Assembly: GCF_009914755.1 (NCBI RefSeq)
Contig: NC_060936.1
Reading direction: 5' to 3' (one strand)
Source: the human T2T-CHM13v2.0 reference genome, Homo sapiens
DNA: 64,000 nucleotides
The notes below the pieces were generated by a model. The model was given only the letters and a program-made list of their open reading frames with translations. It ran no database searches and was not told the origin of the DNA. The translations under genes were made by a program, and so were the position numbers. Shown piece by piece: positions 25,898 to 42,859 of this stretch (the stretch's first letter is position 1; each line of letters starts with the position of its first letter).

Positions 25898-28800
25898 ATT
25901 TTTTCTACAGAGCAATGAAGTATAACCCAGGCCAAGAGGGACTCCTTGAAGGTTTTCTCACAAGATTACCAGTGGCTGGCACTACCATTTAATGGAAAGA
26001 CATGAGATTAGCATACAGGTGGCCTGGGGTTTAATCTAGCTCTCCCTTGGCAGTGGCAGTCTGGGTGTGTCATTTAATCTCTATAAGTCAAGGATTGTTC
26101 ATCTGTAAAACGGATATAATACCTGCCCTGTCTATTTCCGGGGAGTGAGATGAGGATCATTGTTATAACAATAGCCTAAGAATGCAAACATCAATGAATA
26201 ATCAGACAGTTTTTCATTTGACATGATCTAGGTCCCTTGAGCTACTAAGGGAATTAAGAACTAGACAAAAGAAATTTCAAATGGATTATAATTTTTTTTC
26301 TTTCAAAACTTTGAAAATTTCAATTCTTAGGGTATTTTAAGCTATTTCTTATTGACAATTCAGTCACTGTACTTTGGCTTGGAATGTGGGAGCAATATAG
26401 TTAGGGTTGAGAGAGTTTACTTAGAGGACCACTCAAGCTAACCAGAGTCATAAGATGATAAGCTTTTTTTTGTTGTTTATTTTTGTTTGTTTGTTTTTGT
26501 CTTCCAGTGTCCTTCCCTCACACTAACAAGCCATAGCAAAAAATGTTTTCTCCCAACCAGGAAGACTCAGCTTCAGGATTACAAGGACTAGGAGTTGTAT
26601 TTTACTGGAAGTAATTTTTAAATTAAGAAAGGGAAAAGGAAAAGTTTAAAGTTTTTCCTAAGTGGAAAGGAAGGATCCTGGGAGATGTAAAAGGACCCTC
26701 CACTAGTTCATTCACACCAGCTGATTGGCTTTGTTAATAATCTGTACAGGAAACCTGGAGTCCAGTCATGAGGGAAGGAAGGGGGGCAGTTAACATCAAA
26801 CATTAGTGAAAAGTACAAGAGAAGTTTTTCAAAGACAAACTTGTTGTTTCTCAGAATTTTACATAAAAATCTCTTAATCACCTTAAGGGGGAAACTGAGT
26901 CTGTTGGCAAATATATTGATACTTCCACTGGTAGCTTCCTGAGAACTTGGTTCCTTGTAGCAAATTCTGCCTGGACACAGCAGAATTCAGAATGGAATAG
27001 AGAAGTTCAGAATCCCAGCACAAATAGCAGGGCTGGTGTCTGAACCATAGCTGAACCACACGTCTATGATTTCAATGGGGTTGTTGAAATGTGGGTAGAA
27101 AGATAAATGCATGTTTGCTGTGTTGTAGTACTGTCTCTGTTTCTAGTTCAAGTTACAATGATTTTGGTAGGAAAATGCCTTGAGAACACTGAGTCCTTGG
27201 TTACAGAGACATTAGTGTATCACCTAATCCCTCCCCCTCTATAACATGAAGACATACAAGAGAGCTTCTGTAAAGGAAATATACATCCAATAGGGTAGAG
27301 ATATTTTAAAATTCAGTAAGTAGAGCACTACATTTATCATCCTGTTGAATATTATTGTTGGCAAACCAATCATCCTGGATTTATCATCTGAATGACCCAA
27401 CCAGGGCTCTTGAAAACCACGGCCCACATGTCTATCATATACTGCCACTTTACAACACTACTTTTCAAGTGGATAATGTGAAATGTTCATGTAAATAGTA
27501 TAAATGAAATAAAGAAACTTGATTTTTAGCCACTTTTCAATTAGATATTTTGGAAATGCAATAAAATATTTACATTAAAAAATGTTCTACATATTTAAAA
27601 ATTTGTCAAGCTCATATATCTTTGGTACCCATATTTTTAAATTAAAAATTGAGACAAACATATAACAAATTAATTTTCTTTTATGGGGAAAATGAGATAG
27701 AATATTTAAGATTCAGACAGAATGGGAAAACCTTAGATACAAGAAAATCTTAGATGATTTATATGTAGTGTGACAAAGTAGGAAATGGTCAAGAACATTA
27801 ACTACACAATTATTCACAGCGTATATTTTATTAAAATTTTAAATATGTGTTAGAGTCAAATTCAGTGTGTTTTCAAAAAATAATTTTTGAAAATCTTAAT
27901 TATTTGCTGAAAGTTAGGAATATTCCTAGGAATGTGCTCTTATATATGATATTACATATGTAATAATAATTGTTTTTTAAGTTAAAATAAGAGATGACTT
28001 GCAATAAGAGTTTGTTCAAATATCCTGTCATAAACTTAACATTTTCATAAATGTCTAGCTCCCGTGCTATTTCCCACTGGATAAGAAAAATTTACATATG
28101 TACACTTATACTAATTTATCTATATCCTAGATGTATGCTTAACATTCCCAGCTGTATTTGTATATTTTAATTATTTATTTTTTATTTACTCAATACACTC
28201 AAAGAAAGGAACAGATGCGTAAAAAGAAATTTATGCTGTGATCCAAGTTAATTAGTTGCAATACCCTCTCTAATTCCTTAGGATAAAGAATTATATGGTT
28301 TTGCAATCTTTGTAGACTGTGTTATATCACTGTTGATCATATGAAACCCTAAGGACAAATCAGATTCCTCCTCAAAAGTTTATTAAAATAATTTATCTTA
28401 AAACTCCAATTACAATAAAAATGCAATTTCTTAAATATTTACTGTGGTACAGATTTACTAACTTGATTATAATCACCCTTTTGACAATCTCATTAACAGA
28501 TTATGCTGATTATAGAAGGCACCATATTTTTCAAACATGTTAACAGTGTACTGCTATTTTAAGCTTATATAAACAGAAATCCTAACATGCTCTGTCTCTC
28601 ATTTTTCACATTGACATATAGATCACAAACATCCATCAATTTCTAGGGTTCAGCGTATTTAAGTAGAAAAACTGCTTGTGAGAGCATTCTGGATATTAAA
28701 TCTAAATAAGAAAGATATTGAAATGGAATATTCAGGAGGCAGTTTAATAAGGAAAATGGCTGGATCTCATAATACAACAGATATAGGGAAAGAAAGTCAG

Positions 28801-28945
28801 AGCTAAATTAGTAATTGCTTCAATGTCATCCTTAATATTCCAGTGGTTGGTTGATGGAGAAATGGGGAGGGAGAGAGGTGACAGGTATTTTTTATTTATC
28901 ATGTGCATTTGAACAATATAATAAATCTGGGAGGGATATATATGG

Positions 28946-28946
28946 G

Positions 28947-28995
<49 letters not shown>
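28946..28995. repeat. (GC)n(CA)n microsatellite
   Basis: Directly visible. Confidence 0.95.
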
Positions 28996-28997
<2 letters not shown>

Positions 28998-30409
28998 GTA
29001 CACATAAGTTTCTCTTTTTCCAGATCCTTACATAATTCAAAAACCTTTTTCATCACATTTATATATACTTCCATTATAGATATTTCTTAGTTATAATTTC
29101 TGCTCAGGAAATATATTTTTAAAAGTTAATAAATCTATTCATTGAATAAATTTGTACTGAGCACTACTATGGACTAGATGCTGCCTAGATATTGGTGACA
29201 TAACATGAACAGGACAGACACAAATCCTGTCCTCCCAGACAAAGCAGGGTGATAAGCGTCATGAACAGAAATCCCCAGGAGCAGTGGGAGGACAAAGGAG
29301 ATCCACGCCAACAAGGTACAGCTGTGCCAAGCCACAGGGAGTTTAATTGGGTTATAGTAACATGAAATCAATGCATTTCTAGTCAGACTCAAATTCCATT
29401 TCATGCCCGGGATTCTCCTATTACCTCTACATCTAATAGTAGGCTAAAGCTGCTGGTATTTTTTAAATATTGGTTGAATTTTTTTTCAAAAAAAGGTCAA
29501 TATTTTAGCAAATAAGAAATGACAGTAACTGAAAGTAAGCTGTCATCATTTGCCAACTCCTAACGAAATAAGGGACTATATTTTAACATAAATTACAATT
29601 TCCATTACAAATTTCCAGTGTGGGGGGGAAAAATAGAGGAATAGATATAGCAGAACATGCTTAGAAGCATGTGTAAATGCATATCCTACTGAACAGAAGG
29701 GACAATCCACAAAATCTAACTTCCAACGAAGAATCCACTGAAATATTTGCTGTTTTTTTTATTTTAACACTTTTTCTGAAATATAATCTAAGTCAGTCAC
29801 TCTCACACTTTCCCAGGGGGGAGCATAAACAGAAGCCCATAGATCTGAGAGTCTTCAGTAAGTATAGCAAATTCAACAGCAGCCTAGCCTCAGTCTTATA
29901 TCCTCCCACCCCCACCCCCCAATCCCCATTGCTACTTTGTGATGACTGATGAGCAGCTCTTTATGCTGAGATTGAGAAAACCTGTGTCTCTCATAAATTC
30001 CACCCTCTGAGGGCAGCAGAAAGATAAAGGTATCAACTTAACACTTTATTGAACTTAAATATTTTACCTAAAGAAATAATCAAACTGGAAAAATGACTTA
30101 ACTATCCACTGACCCATACCCACACCTCGATATATGGGAGTATTGACAAAGGAAGGAAGGGAGAAAGGAAGGAGGGAGAAAAGGAGGGACCTCAAACTGC
30201 TTCAATCACCACCCAGGCTTAAGGCTTCTTTTGAAAATTGTCCTGCAGGATCTCAGTAAATGTGTTTTACTTCACTTCTCCAAATTTAGCAATGTTCTTT
30301 CCAGACTTATCTTTCAATATACTGTCTACTCCTCTCTGGCCCCTAAATTTGTTTTAATTGATTTTTAACTGACAAATAACTGTATATATTTATGGGGAAC
30401 AATGCAATC

Positions 30410-30890
30410 AACAATGAGATATCACATCACAGCTGTTTGAATGTCCATTACCAAAAAGATAAAAGATAACAAATGTTGGTGAGGATGTGGAGAAAAGGGA
30501 ACCCTTATGCACTGCTGGTGCATTTCCCCTGGGAAAGTGTGAAACGTAAATTAATACAGCCTGTATAGAAAACAATATGGAGTTTCCTCAGAAAACTAAA
30601 AATAGAATTACTATGTGATCCAGTAATTCCCCTTCTGGGTATATATTAAAATGCATTGAAATCAGAATACCAAAGAGATATTTGCACTCCTATGTTCACT
30701 GCAGCATTAGTCACAATAGCTAAGATAGGAAAGCAACCTATGTTTCTGTCATTTGATGAATAGATAAAGAAATTCAGGGATATAACCACAATGGAATACT
30801 GTTCAGCCTTAAAAACAGGGGAAATCTTGTCATTTGTGATATCATAGTTGAACATGGAGGACATTATGCTAAGTGAAATAAGCCAGGCTG
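30410..30890 (+). mobile_element. L1M (MA/MB) 3' fragment
   Basis: gttggtgaggatgtggagaaaagggaacc...tatgttcactgcagcatt...gacattatgctaagtgaaataagccagg. Confidence 0.8.
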
Positions 30891-31366
30891 GCCCACAAAG
30901 GCAAATTTTTCTTAATGGATCTTTTATTCTACTCCCCAGTCACAGATATAAATAATAAACTTTACTAAACTTCAAGCCAAACTTTAACCAACAACTCTAG
31001 TATTCCCCTTTTCCAAGTCAAGTTATTCATAGAACTCATTGGGAGTCATTTCCCAAATAATACTCTATATAACGAGAAGTCAAATCTTTTTTTGAGTCAA
31101 AATTTATTCAGTGATGCCAGGACCAACAAGCTAAGGACACCTATTTGACAGTATTCCTCCTATCAAAGCCACCTTGCACCTTACTCATAGTCTATATGGT
31201 TGCAAACTGAGTATATATACGTAATTTCTTAAATATATATGTAATTATATATATTTATATATAATTTATATATTTGTAAATTATATAAATGTAAAATAAT
31301 ATATGACATATATTATTTTATATATATTATATTTATATATATGTTTATTTGTTTGAGTGGGAAGGG

Positions 31367-31708
31367 GTCTTGGTCCATTTAGGCTGTTATAACAAAATAA
31401 CTTAGACTACATAATTTATTAAAAACAGATTTACTGCTCAGTTCTGGAGGTTAGAAAACCAAGATCAAGGTTCCCGCAGATTTGATGTCTGGTAAGGGCT
31501 TCATAGATGGTGCCCTGGTGCGTATCCTCACATGGTGGAAGGATCTGGAGAGCTCTGTGGGGCCTCTTTTATAAGGGCACAATCCCACTCTCTTGACTAG
31601 AGGGTGGAGCCCTTATGACTTAATGACTTCCCCAAAGCCCCACTATCACACTGGATTTAGGCTCCAAAGTATGAATTTTGAGAAGACAACAACATTCAGA
31701 CCATAGCT
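31367..31708. mobile_element. MLT1A-like MaLR LTR
   Basis: tcttggtccatttaggctg.tataacaaaa...aacattcagaccatagc. Confidence 0.7.
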
Positions 31709-32258
31709 AACACCTGACAAACCAAACAAATATTTATTACCTCTGGCAAGGTGACTTAATCTTAAAATTAATCAGGGCCATAATATTACCAACTTACAAT
31801 ATTGAAAGTTACTAATGTTTAAGTTGAAAGCCTGCTTGATTTTCCAATCATTCATATCATAGTTTTTATTATGATGTGATTTATTCATACATGTGATTTA
31901 TGATGTACATTTATTTTCCAAAAGTGCTCCTCTAATCCTCCATTTCAGTCATTTACTTCTCCTGTGTCTACCTAAAGTCCCAACTTGAGGACTTAATTGA
32001 CCTATCTAACTTGGGGCAACTAATGTTCCAGAACTTTCTTCCAGTCATAATTACCAGTTCCATGTCCTGCTGCCTCATTCTTGCTAGTAAGTAATAAGAG
32101 ATAGATTGATTAATGATTTCTTGCAAAATCACAAATGAGTCTGAATGAGTATATGTATTATGTGTCTCAATAATGTTTCACCTTAAACCAATGAAGTACT
32201 AGCTTCCTTGTAACTATTACATATTGTAGTTACATATTGTAACTACAATTACAATTAG

Positions 32259-32642
<384 letters not shown>

Positions 32643-32749
32643 TGCAGGTTGTTCTTTTGTTCACCTCAGTAAAGAGGCCATAAAGAAACATTTTCATTGT
32701 TTGTTGCAACATTAATTACAAGAGTAAAAAAAAATAGCTACATAGTTTC

Positions 32750-33380
32750 CAGTCTCAGGTGATCCTCCTATCTCAGCCTCCTGAGTAGCTCCCACCTCCA
32801 AGTAGCTCCCACCTCCAAACACCACCAAGCCTAGCTTTTTTTATTTTTATTTTTTTTTATTTATTTATTTTTATTTTTTAGTAGTGACTAGGTCTCACTA
32901 TGTTGCCTAGGCTGGCCTGGAACTCCTGAGCTCACATGATTCTCTTGCCTCGGCCTCCCAAAGGGATTACAGGTGTGAACCACGGCACCTGGCCTGAACA
33001 CTTTTAATAACATGGAAAAGTATTTATAATACATTGTGAAATACTTTACAACATCTCAAATTCATAAATTTGTGTGTGATTTTCACTGAATGCACTTTTT
33101 TTTCCTTTTTTTCCACTTTGTCACCCAGGCTGGATTGCAGTGGCACAGTTATAGCTCGTTATAACCCAATTCCTGAGCTCAAGTGATTTTCCCACCTTAG
33201 CCTCCCTAGCAGCTAGGACTACAGGTGCACACTGCCATGTCCACTTTATTTTATTTTTATTTTTTAGAGACGTTGTCTCACTGTGCTGCCCCAGCTTCTC
33301 AAAGTTCTGGCCTCAAGCAATCCTCCTGCCTCGACCTTCCAAAATATTGGGATTACAGGTGTGAGTCACTGTGCCCAACC
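32750..33380 (-). mobile_element. Two degenerate AluJ copies (about 32750-32995 and 33095-33380)
   Basis: AluJ diagnostics gtctcactatgttgcc and ggcctcaagcaatcc. Confidence 0.8.
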
Positions 33381-34264
33381 TGAATGCCCATTCTAAAAAT
33401 ATATTAGTGAGTATATATTTCTGATTTCTAATCAGAAAAAATAGAAAGGAAGGCTTTCTATTGAAAGAAAGTTACTTCATTTTATATTTCTTCCACAATC
33501 TTTAGTTAGAAATCCTAGAAGCAGTATTAACTGTCACTGTATTTAAAGTACAATTTGAATCACAAAATAATCCCTGGTTAAAAGAAAAGGACTCCACAAA
33601 GGCTATTATTTCAATGATCTTCAGCCAGGAACTATGAAGGCAAAGACTTTTAAATTGTGGACTTATTTGTTAAGAAGAATGGGTTCCAGTGTAAAAAAAG
33701 TAAGATTATTTTCTAGCCTGGTTAATGGTCTAACAGCATACAATGTTTTACAAAAAGAAACTGCCATTGGCAGCTTCATTAATTAAGCACTTCATTAGTT
33801 TAAGTGAGAACTTGATACTTCAGGGGACATCACTCAGTGAAATTTCTCACTTAGGGTAGGCCATTGTTAGCAAATCAAAACTGGCAATTCACGCCTAAAT
33901 GTGAAAGTCAAGCTTGCCACTGTTTAATGAGGTGAAAACAGAGTTACAGTAAACTAAGTAGACCTCAGTCCAAACCAAAGATACTTTATTAGTTTAGCTA
34001 AGCAAATACAGGCACCATACAAGCTGATTCTTGTGACCAAAACAGTATTTGCCTAATTAGAACAGCTGAAAGTTCCTCAGTGCTCATGCTATGACTGTAA
34101 GTTGAGGTGCATGTTAAGTTATCTCTTTTCCATGATGTTTAATATATCATATCCAAAAGCTTCTAGTGAATTGGTTTTCTTAAAATACTCCTAAAATCTT
34201 TAGGTTCTTCTTTCAGACAAAACCATATTATTATATTTTTATTATTTATATATGTATGTGGATA

Positions 34265-34272
<8 letters not shown>

Positions 34273-34330
<58 letters not shown>
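34273..34330. repeat. (TA)n microsatellite
   Basis: Directly visible; a second (TA)n lies at about 35730-35768. Confidence 0.95.
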
Positions 34331-34331
<1 letters not shown>

Positions 34332-35729
34332 CAGAAAAAAAGAAAGGGCAACTTGGAAGGGCAAGCTTGTACATTCCTTCTTAAAGACGACTTAGTTCAT
34401 GGATCTGTATCCTTCCAAATAAACTTGAGAAGGTCTTCATTAAGTTCTTCAAAAATCCAATAGAAAAGTTTATAATTGCACTTAACTTATAGATTAATTT
34501 GGGGAGAAGTGACATTTTTATAATATTGTCATTCCATCTAAGTACATGGGATGTCACTCCATTTTTCCAGATTGTTTTCCATGTCTTTGATTAGACTTTC
34601 AAATTTGCATGCCTAAAGTATTTGTGTATTTTTAGTTAACTTAGTGCCTGTATACATTATGGTCTTATTAAGATTATACTTACATAAAGTTAAATTTTAT
34701 GACATTTTTAAAACACATTTTGAAAAATATTTCTAAAGAGAGGATTGTAGGCTTTTTAAAAATAACATTTATGTTCAAGTAATGCAATGCAGTTACGGAA
34801 AATATTTATTCCCATATAACCCCCCCCCCAAAAAAATCATCTATTAACTTTCTCTTTTTAGCACTGTTTTTTTGAAGTGTAAGAGATTTCTTGAAGTTTG
34901 AATAATTTGATCTAATGGATGCAAGACACAGATCTGGGAAATATCCTCTTTAGGTGAATTTAAAGAATTATCACTTTTTCAGTCTTCGTCGATTTTTTTT
35001 TTCCATTTTAGCATCTGTATTCCTTTTGCTTCTGACTTGAACTAGTAACCATTAGTGACTATAAACAATATGTGAGAATTTAAATATTAAAAACTTTAAA
35101 ATACTAATGCTACTCTTTAGCTGAGTGGTAACTTGGAACATCCAAGTCCTCAGCATACCACCCCCTCTCCTCTGATCTTGACTTCCTTCCAACTCATGGT
35201 GTACATTCAGTCAGTACAGAGACTTCTGCATTGTTCCAATTTAAAATGGTACAAAATTATTAGCAACTTGTTTATTTATTTTTATTACCAGAAATTAAGT
35301 AGATGCTATTGTCACCTTTAATTCGTGAACCAATGGGAACCCCTTTTTACATCCTTGTGGATTTATGAATCACCAAATGAAAACTCTAAGGCTTCCTGAT
35401 GTTCACAGACATCACTCTGCATGTTAGGGCCCTTGAGTCTGCTAAAGACAGTACTTAGGTTTGGGCCTCAGGTGGGAAATAGGTGCCTTGACTATGGTGG
35501 ATTTTCCAAACTCAGTATTTGTAATTCAATTAGCAAAATCCCTTCAATTAGTAAAATTTGGAATTTGGGCACTATAAAAGTGATGCATTCACATTGCAAG
35601 GAGATTGCAAAATGAAACCTTTATATTATTTGGTTTGTGAGATGATAAAAGATGTGTTTATTATTATTAATTATGTTAACAATAGTAACTTTTCAAGAAG
35701 TCATGAATGCACAGGGAGGTAATGGAGTC

Positions 35730-35769
<40 letters not shown>

Positions 35770-36055
35770 GAATATCTAGATCAATCTTGAATATTGGTGG
35801 TATTAGATATGGTGAAAGGCTCTTACCTAATTTGAGTGCTACAAAAATAGAAGGTAAAAAATAGCCAATAGAAGAAGTAAATGTACCATGAAGTGTATAG
35901 TTCTAATTGAATATTGCTAAGTAAATGCTATTAATAAACCTTGCTTACACAGAGCTAAAAATCTAGGGATTTACTTATTGCCCATCCTTTTCAAGCTATT
36001 CTTCATGGTTATTAATCTTGTAAGTACATTTTCTCTTCCAGGAATGGCCTGCAAG

Positions 36056-36422
36056 TGTATTAGTACATTTTCACACTGCTATAAAGCAATACTGGAGACT
36101 GGGTAATTTACAAAGGACAGAGGTTTAATGGACTCAGAGTTCTGCATGGCTGGGGAGGCCTCAGGAAACTTACATAAGATGGAAGATGAAGGGGAAGCAG
36201 GCACCTTCTTCACAAGGTGGCAGGAGAGAGAAGCGTGAGTTGAGAAACTACCAAACACTAAAAAGCCATCAGATCCCATGAGATCCACTCACTTCTACGA
36301 GAACAGCATGGGGGAAACTGCCCCCATAATTCAATCACCTCCCACCAGGTCCCTCCCTCAACACACGGGAATTACAATTCAAGATAGGGTTTGGGTGGGG
36401 ACCCAGAGCTAAATCGTATCAA
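36056..36422. mobile_element. MST/THE1-type MaLR LTR
   Basis: tgtattagt.cattttcacactgctataaag...gactgggtaattt...caatcacctcccaccaggtccctcc...tatca. Confidence 0.85.
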
Positions 36423-36689
36423 CAAGATACCAAGGAAACCTCAGAACTAAGAAATTCTATAAAGAAAAGAAGAACTCTCTCATCTGTCTCCTCTCCTCTC
36501 CTTCTTTCTCTTTTCTCCACTCCTTATCCCATCCCTCCCCCCCATCTCTCCCTTCCTGTCTCTCTCTCTCTGTCTCCCCTAAAAAGAAATTAAAAATTAA
36601 CTAATTGATCTCTAGCGTTTGATGCCTCATCATTTTCTGAAAATCCTAACACCACAAAATGTCGAGGATGTGGAGCAACAGCAACAGGT

Positions 36690-38935
<2,246 letters not shown>

Positions 38936-40469
38936 AGGGCATCTCAATGGTGAGGCAGACTGTGTATTATAGGGATGGGGTAGGGGAAGGGGGAGAAGTT
39001 GCAGTATGTGGAAACTCCACACTTTTTGCTTAATTTCACTGTAAACCTAAAACCACTCTAACCTAGTAATTTAAAAAGGCAATGGGCTGAACTGCAAAAC
39101 TCTAAAGCCTCTGAAGTATATACAGAAAACACTGGCTAACACATCCTATTAACTAAACAGGCCTGACAGCAATGTAAAAATAGGCTTATACCAGTAACAG
39201 AAAGCAAATCAGGAGGTAGGAAACACATACCAGTTATTTTATTTTTAATATAACCAAAATATTGTATATGTATGCAAATCAAAACCACAAAAAATATTTA
39301 ACATGCTAATAAACTATAAACAAAATTCAGAAATAACCTAAGAAATTTAGAGAGCAAATCAGGTTAAAGTCAATTCATAATATCAAAGAGGAGCTATTAC
39401 AGTGCTTTTGCATTTTAGTGTTAATTTCTCTAGGAGTGTTCTTCTGATTTCTATCAATTGGGAAAAATATCAGACAGAAATAGAATTTTTTAATAGCAAA
39501 AATAGATATTGTTTACCTCAACTCAGGACATTTTAAAAATAAAGGTGAGTGGGCTTTTTCTTACATCAAAGAGCAAAATTCATTTTCTCTGTAAGATTGT
39601 TGACTGTTTATTTTTCATGTAGTCTACTTAACTCAGCCATACCCAACCGTGCTTCTGAGCTTTACTTCTCCAGCTTTTTTCTTTTCTTTTTCCAGAGAAG
39701 GGAAAGTACATGCTGACTCTTAGTCACAGTTCAAATTCATATTTCTATTCTTCCTGTATATCCCTTGGAGTACAGAGGAAAGTTTTCTATTTCTTCGGAG
39801 AAAAGAAAAATCTGTTTTCTATTTTCTAAACCAGTGTCATCAAACAGCATTTTGAGGCAGCAAGCTGTATGAAAAGTATAAGGGAACACAAAAGGGACAA
39901 ATAAAAAAGATAAAAGTCAATTAAAGAAATTCTAAATAAAAATGTGGAACATGAAAGTAGTCCATGTAATTTTCAAAAAGCATTTCATTCAAGGCTTAGA
40001 AAAAAAAAAAAGAAAGAAAGAAAAGCTCTTGACTGGCCACTCTAGACAGAAATGTGCTTCGGCCCACTGAGAGATAAAGGAAGCAATTGTCATGGCTTTG
40101 GGAATTTAGGAAACTTTTCAGATTTCTGAACCAATTCAAGTCAGTTCTTTGAAATTAAAAAAGGAGACATTGAGGCCACAGGGGAGACTTGATGAAGGAG
40201 ATTCATAAAAATCAAATTTATTCACTTAAGAAGTAACTTATTGAGCATATTTTATACACTGGGCTGTTAGGATCATCAGTGAACAAAAGAGACCACCCTC
40301 TTCCTCCTAAATCTCTGCCATGGTGGAAGTTATGTTCTATTTCATGGAACACAGAAGATGAACACTAAACATAAAAGTAATTATATGTCAGAATTTGAAA
40401 ATGTTTTAGGAAAAAATGGAGCAGGATAATAGTGATTGAGATACAGGTAATGGGGTGAGAGAAGGAAGG

Positions 40470-40868
40470 TGTGTCAGGATCTTCTTGCATTTCTATAAAG
40501 GCATACTTGAGACTGGGTAATTTAAAATAGTTTGATTGGCTCCTGGTTCTGTAGGCCATGCAAGCATGTTGCTGGCATTGCTCAGCTTCTGGGGAGGCCT
40601 CAGGGAGCTTTTACTAGTGGCAGAAGGTGACGTGGAAGCAGGCACATCACATTATGAGAATGGGAACAAGAGAGACAGAAGGGGGAGATGCCACTCACTT
40701 TCAAACAACCAGATCTCCAGAGAACTCTCTCATCACCAAGGGGATGGCACTAAGCCTTTTATGAGGGTTTTGCCCCCATAATCCAAACACCTCCCACTAG
40801 GCCCCACCTTCAACACTGGTGATTACATTTTGACATGAGATTTGGAGGGGACATCAAAAGCATATCAG
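40470..40868. mobile_element. MSTB-type MaLR LTR
   Basis: gagactgggtaattt...ctggggaggcctcagggagctttta...acatgagatttggaggggaca. Confidence 0.8.
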
Positions 40869-42527
40869 ACAGGTTGCAATTTAAATAGGTATGCCTAGGA
40901 CATGCCTCTTTATGAAGGGGACATTTGAACACAGATCTGAAGCAAAGAAGAAGGGGGTCTTTATAAGCAGCCCGTGCAAGGTTAGAGCATCCCTGATGCA
41001 TGCCAGGAGGGTCACAGTTCAGAATGTTTACAGCTACTGGGAAAAGGAGGCTTACACTTTGAAAATAAGAGATCAGTAAAAGACTAAATGCAAAAACAAA
41101 ATGACAAATTCTCAAAAAGAAATGAAAGAAAGTGTAAATCTCAGAGGATTTCTGAAAGAACTGAGGAAGAGATGAGAGTTTAAATGGTCCTTGAAATGTT
41201 TTTCAGGTTTTCTTCCCACGGGAATAAATTCAATGATCATAAATGCATATAAAATTACAAAGCAGTTACAAAGATGAACAATAACATCACATCAAGTGCT
41301 TAAAAAAAAGGTGCTTCTCAAGTGTGGGATACATTTTCAAATAATTCAGCCTGCTTACATGCAACATTTTCTAGCATTTGCCCCACTCATCTATTTTACA
41401 AGGAACAAGCTGCCTCTATTTCTTCTCTACATGCCTCAACTAACTAAATGTTAGCTTAATAATCCCCATAGGTCAACAAAGACTGTTCTTATCTTTCTTG
41501 CAAGTCCTATGGATACATTTCAATTGTTTTATTTTGTTTGCTTTTTGCATTTGATGCCATCAAACACAACCGCCTTTCAATTTTCCCCTCCTTTGGTTTG
41601 TCTCTTGCTTCTTTCCTATCATTTTGCTCTTTTTTCCTCCGTCAGCTCCATAAATACTAGGCTGTGTTCTCAACTCTCAGTTTTCTTCAGTACTCATTGC
41701 CTTCAACATCTCTTTTCTCATTCGTTCTTAACGCCACTCAAATCAGGTTCTCACCCCACCTTTCCACCTAAGTTACTAGGTAGTCAATAGTTCCAGTTTT
41801 CCCCAACAATCTGTTACTCCAGATATCACACTTAATAATGCTAATGCACCCTTTCATTTTTACCTGTGTTATCTCTATTTGGATGATAAAATATATGGTC
41901 TACCTATCTATGAATCCGGCTGCAAAACCCAGTGGTCAATTCTCAGCACCTCAGTTCTCCTTCTAGGTTCCAAGGCTCCCTAAGTAGCCAGCAAACTCAC
42001 TGAACCCCTCGGGATATTTTAAAATTTCAAGGAAAACATATCTCTCAAATTCTGCCCAAGCTACTAGCTCAAGTTAGCTCACAATTACAATGTTAGATTG
42101 CACTGCATTCCTTTCAATGATATCGTATTTTTGCAGATCTGAGTTTCTGGTGTTTGTAATAAAAAGTTAAGGACTGTACAAAAACCAGTGTGGAATAGGA
42201 AATGAATTTGGCAGTTCTCAAACAGGTTCCAAGGTTTAGTGTTATTCCTAACAATATCCAACGGGTACACGCATCTCATTAGAAAGTAATTATGGTTATT
42301 TTAGAATAAAATTAAATATTAATTTTTTTTCTTTAAATTTGTATGTTTTAGGTTTCCAAATGGCTACTAAGTTGATAGGACAAAAATACTTATGAAATGT
42401 TTGGGGTAAGGCCACTTAATAAACAAAATTGTTATGTATTTCTTTTGGCCTAGGAGACCCATACAAAACTACCGAGACAGCCAGGGTGACATAAACTAAG
42501 AAAGGCTGGGAACCTCTGTTTTACTAC

Positions 42528-42831
42528 TTTTTTTTTTTTTTTTTTTTTTGAGATGGAGTCTCATTCTGTCACCCGGGCTGGAGTGCAGTGGCGCATCTGT
42601 GTTCACTGCAAGCTCCGCTTCCTGGGTTCACGCCTTTCTCCTGCCTCAGCCTTCCAAGTAGCTGGGACTATAGGCGCCAGCCACCATGCCGGGCTAATTT
42701 GTTGTATTTTTTTAGTAGAGACTGGGTTTCACCATGTTAGCCAGGATGGTCTCGATCTCCTGACCTTGTGATCCGCCCGCCTCAGCCTCCCAAAGTGCTG
42801 AGATTACAAGCGTGAGCCACCACACCCGGCC
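42528..42831 (-). mobile_element. AluY
   Basis: gcaagctccgc, gttagccaggatggtctcgatc. Confidence 0.92.
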
Positions 42832-42859
42832 TAGTCGTTATTGTATAAGTGACTGTCAG

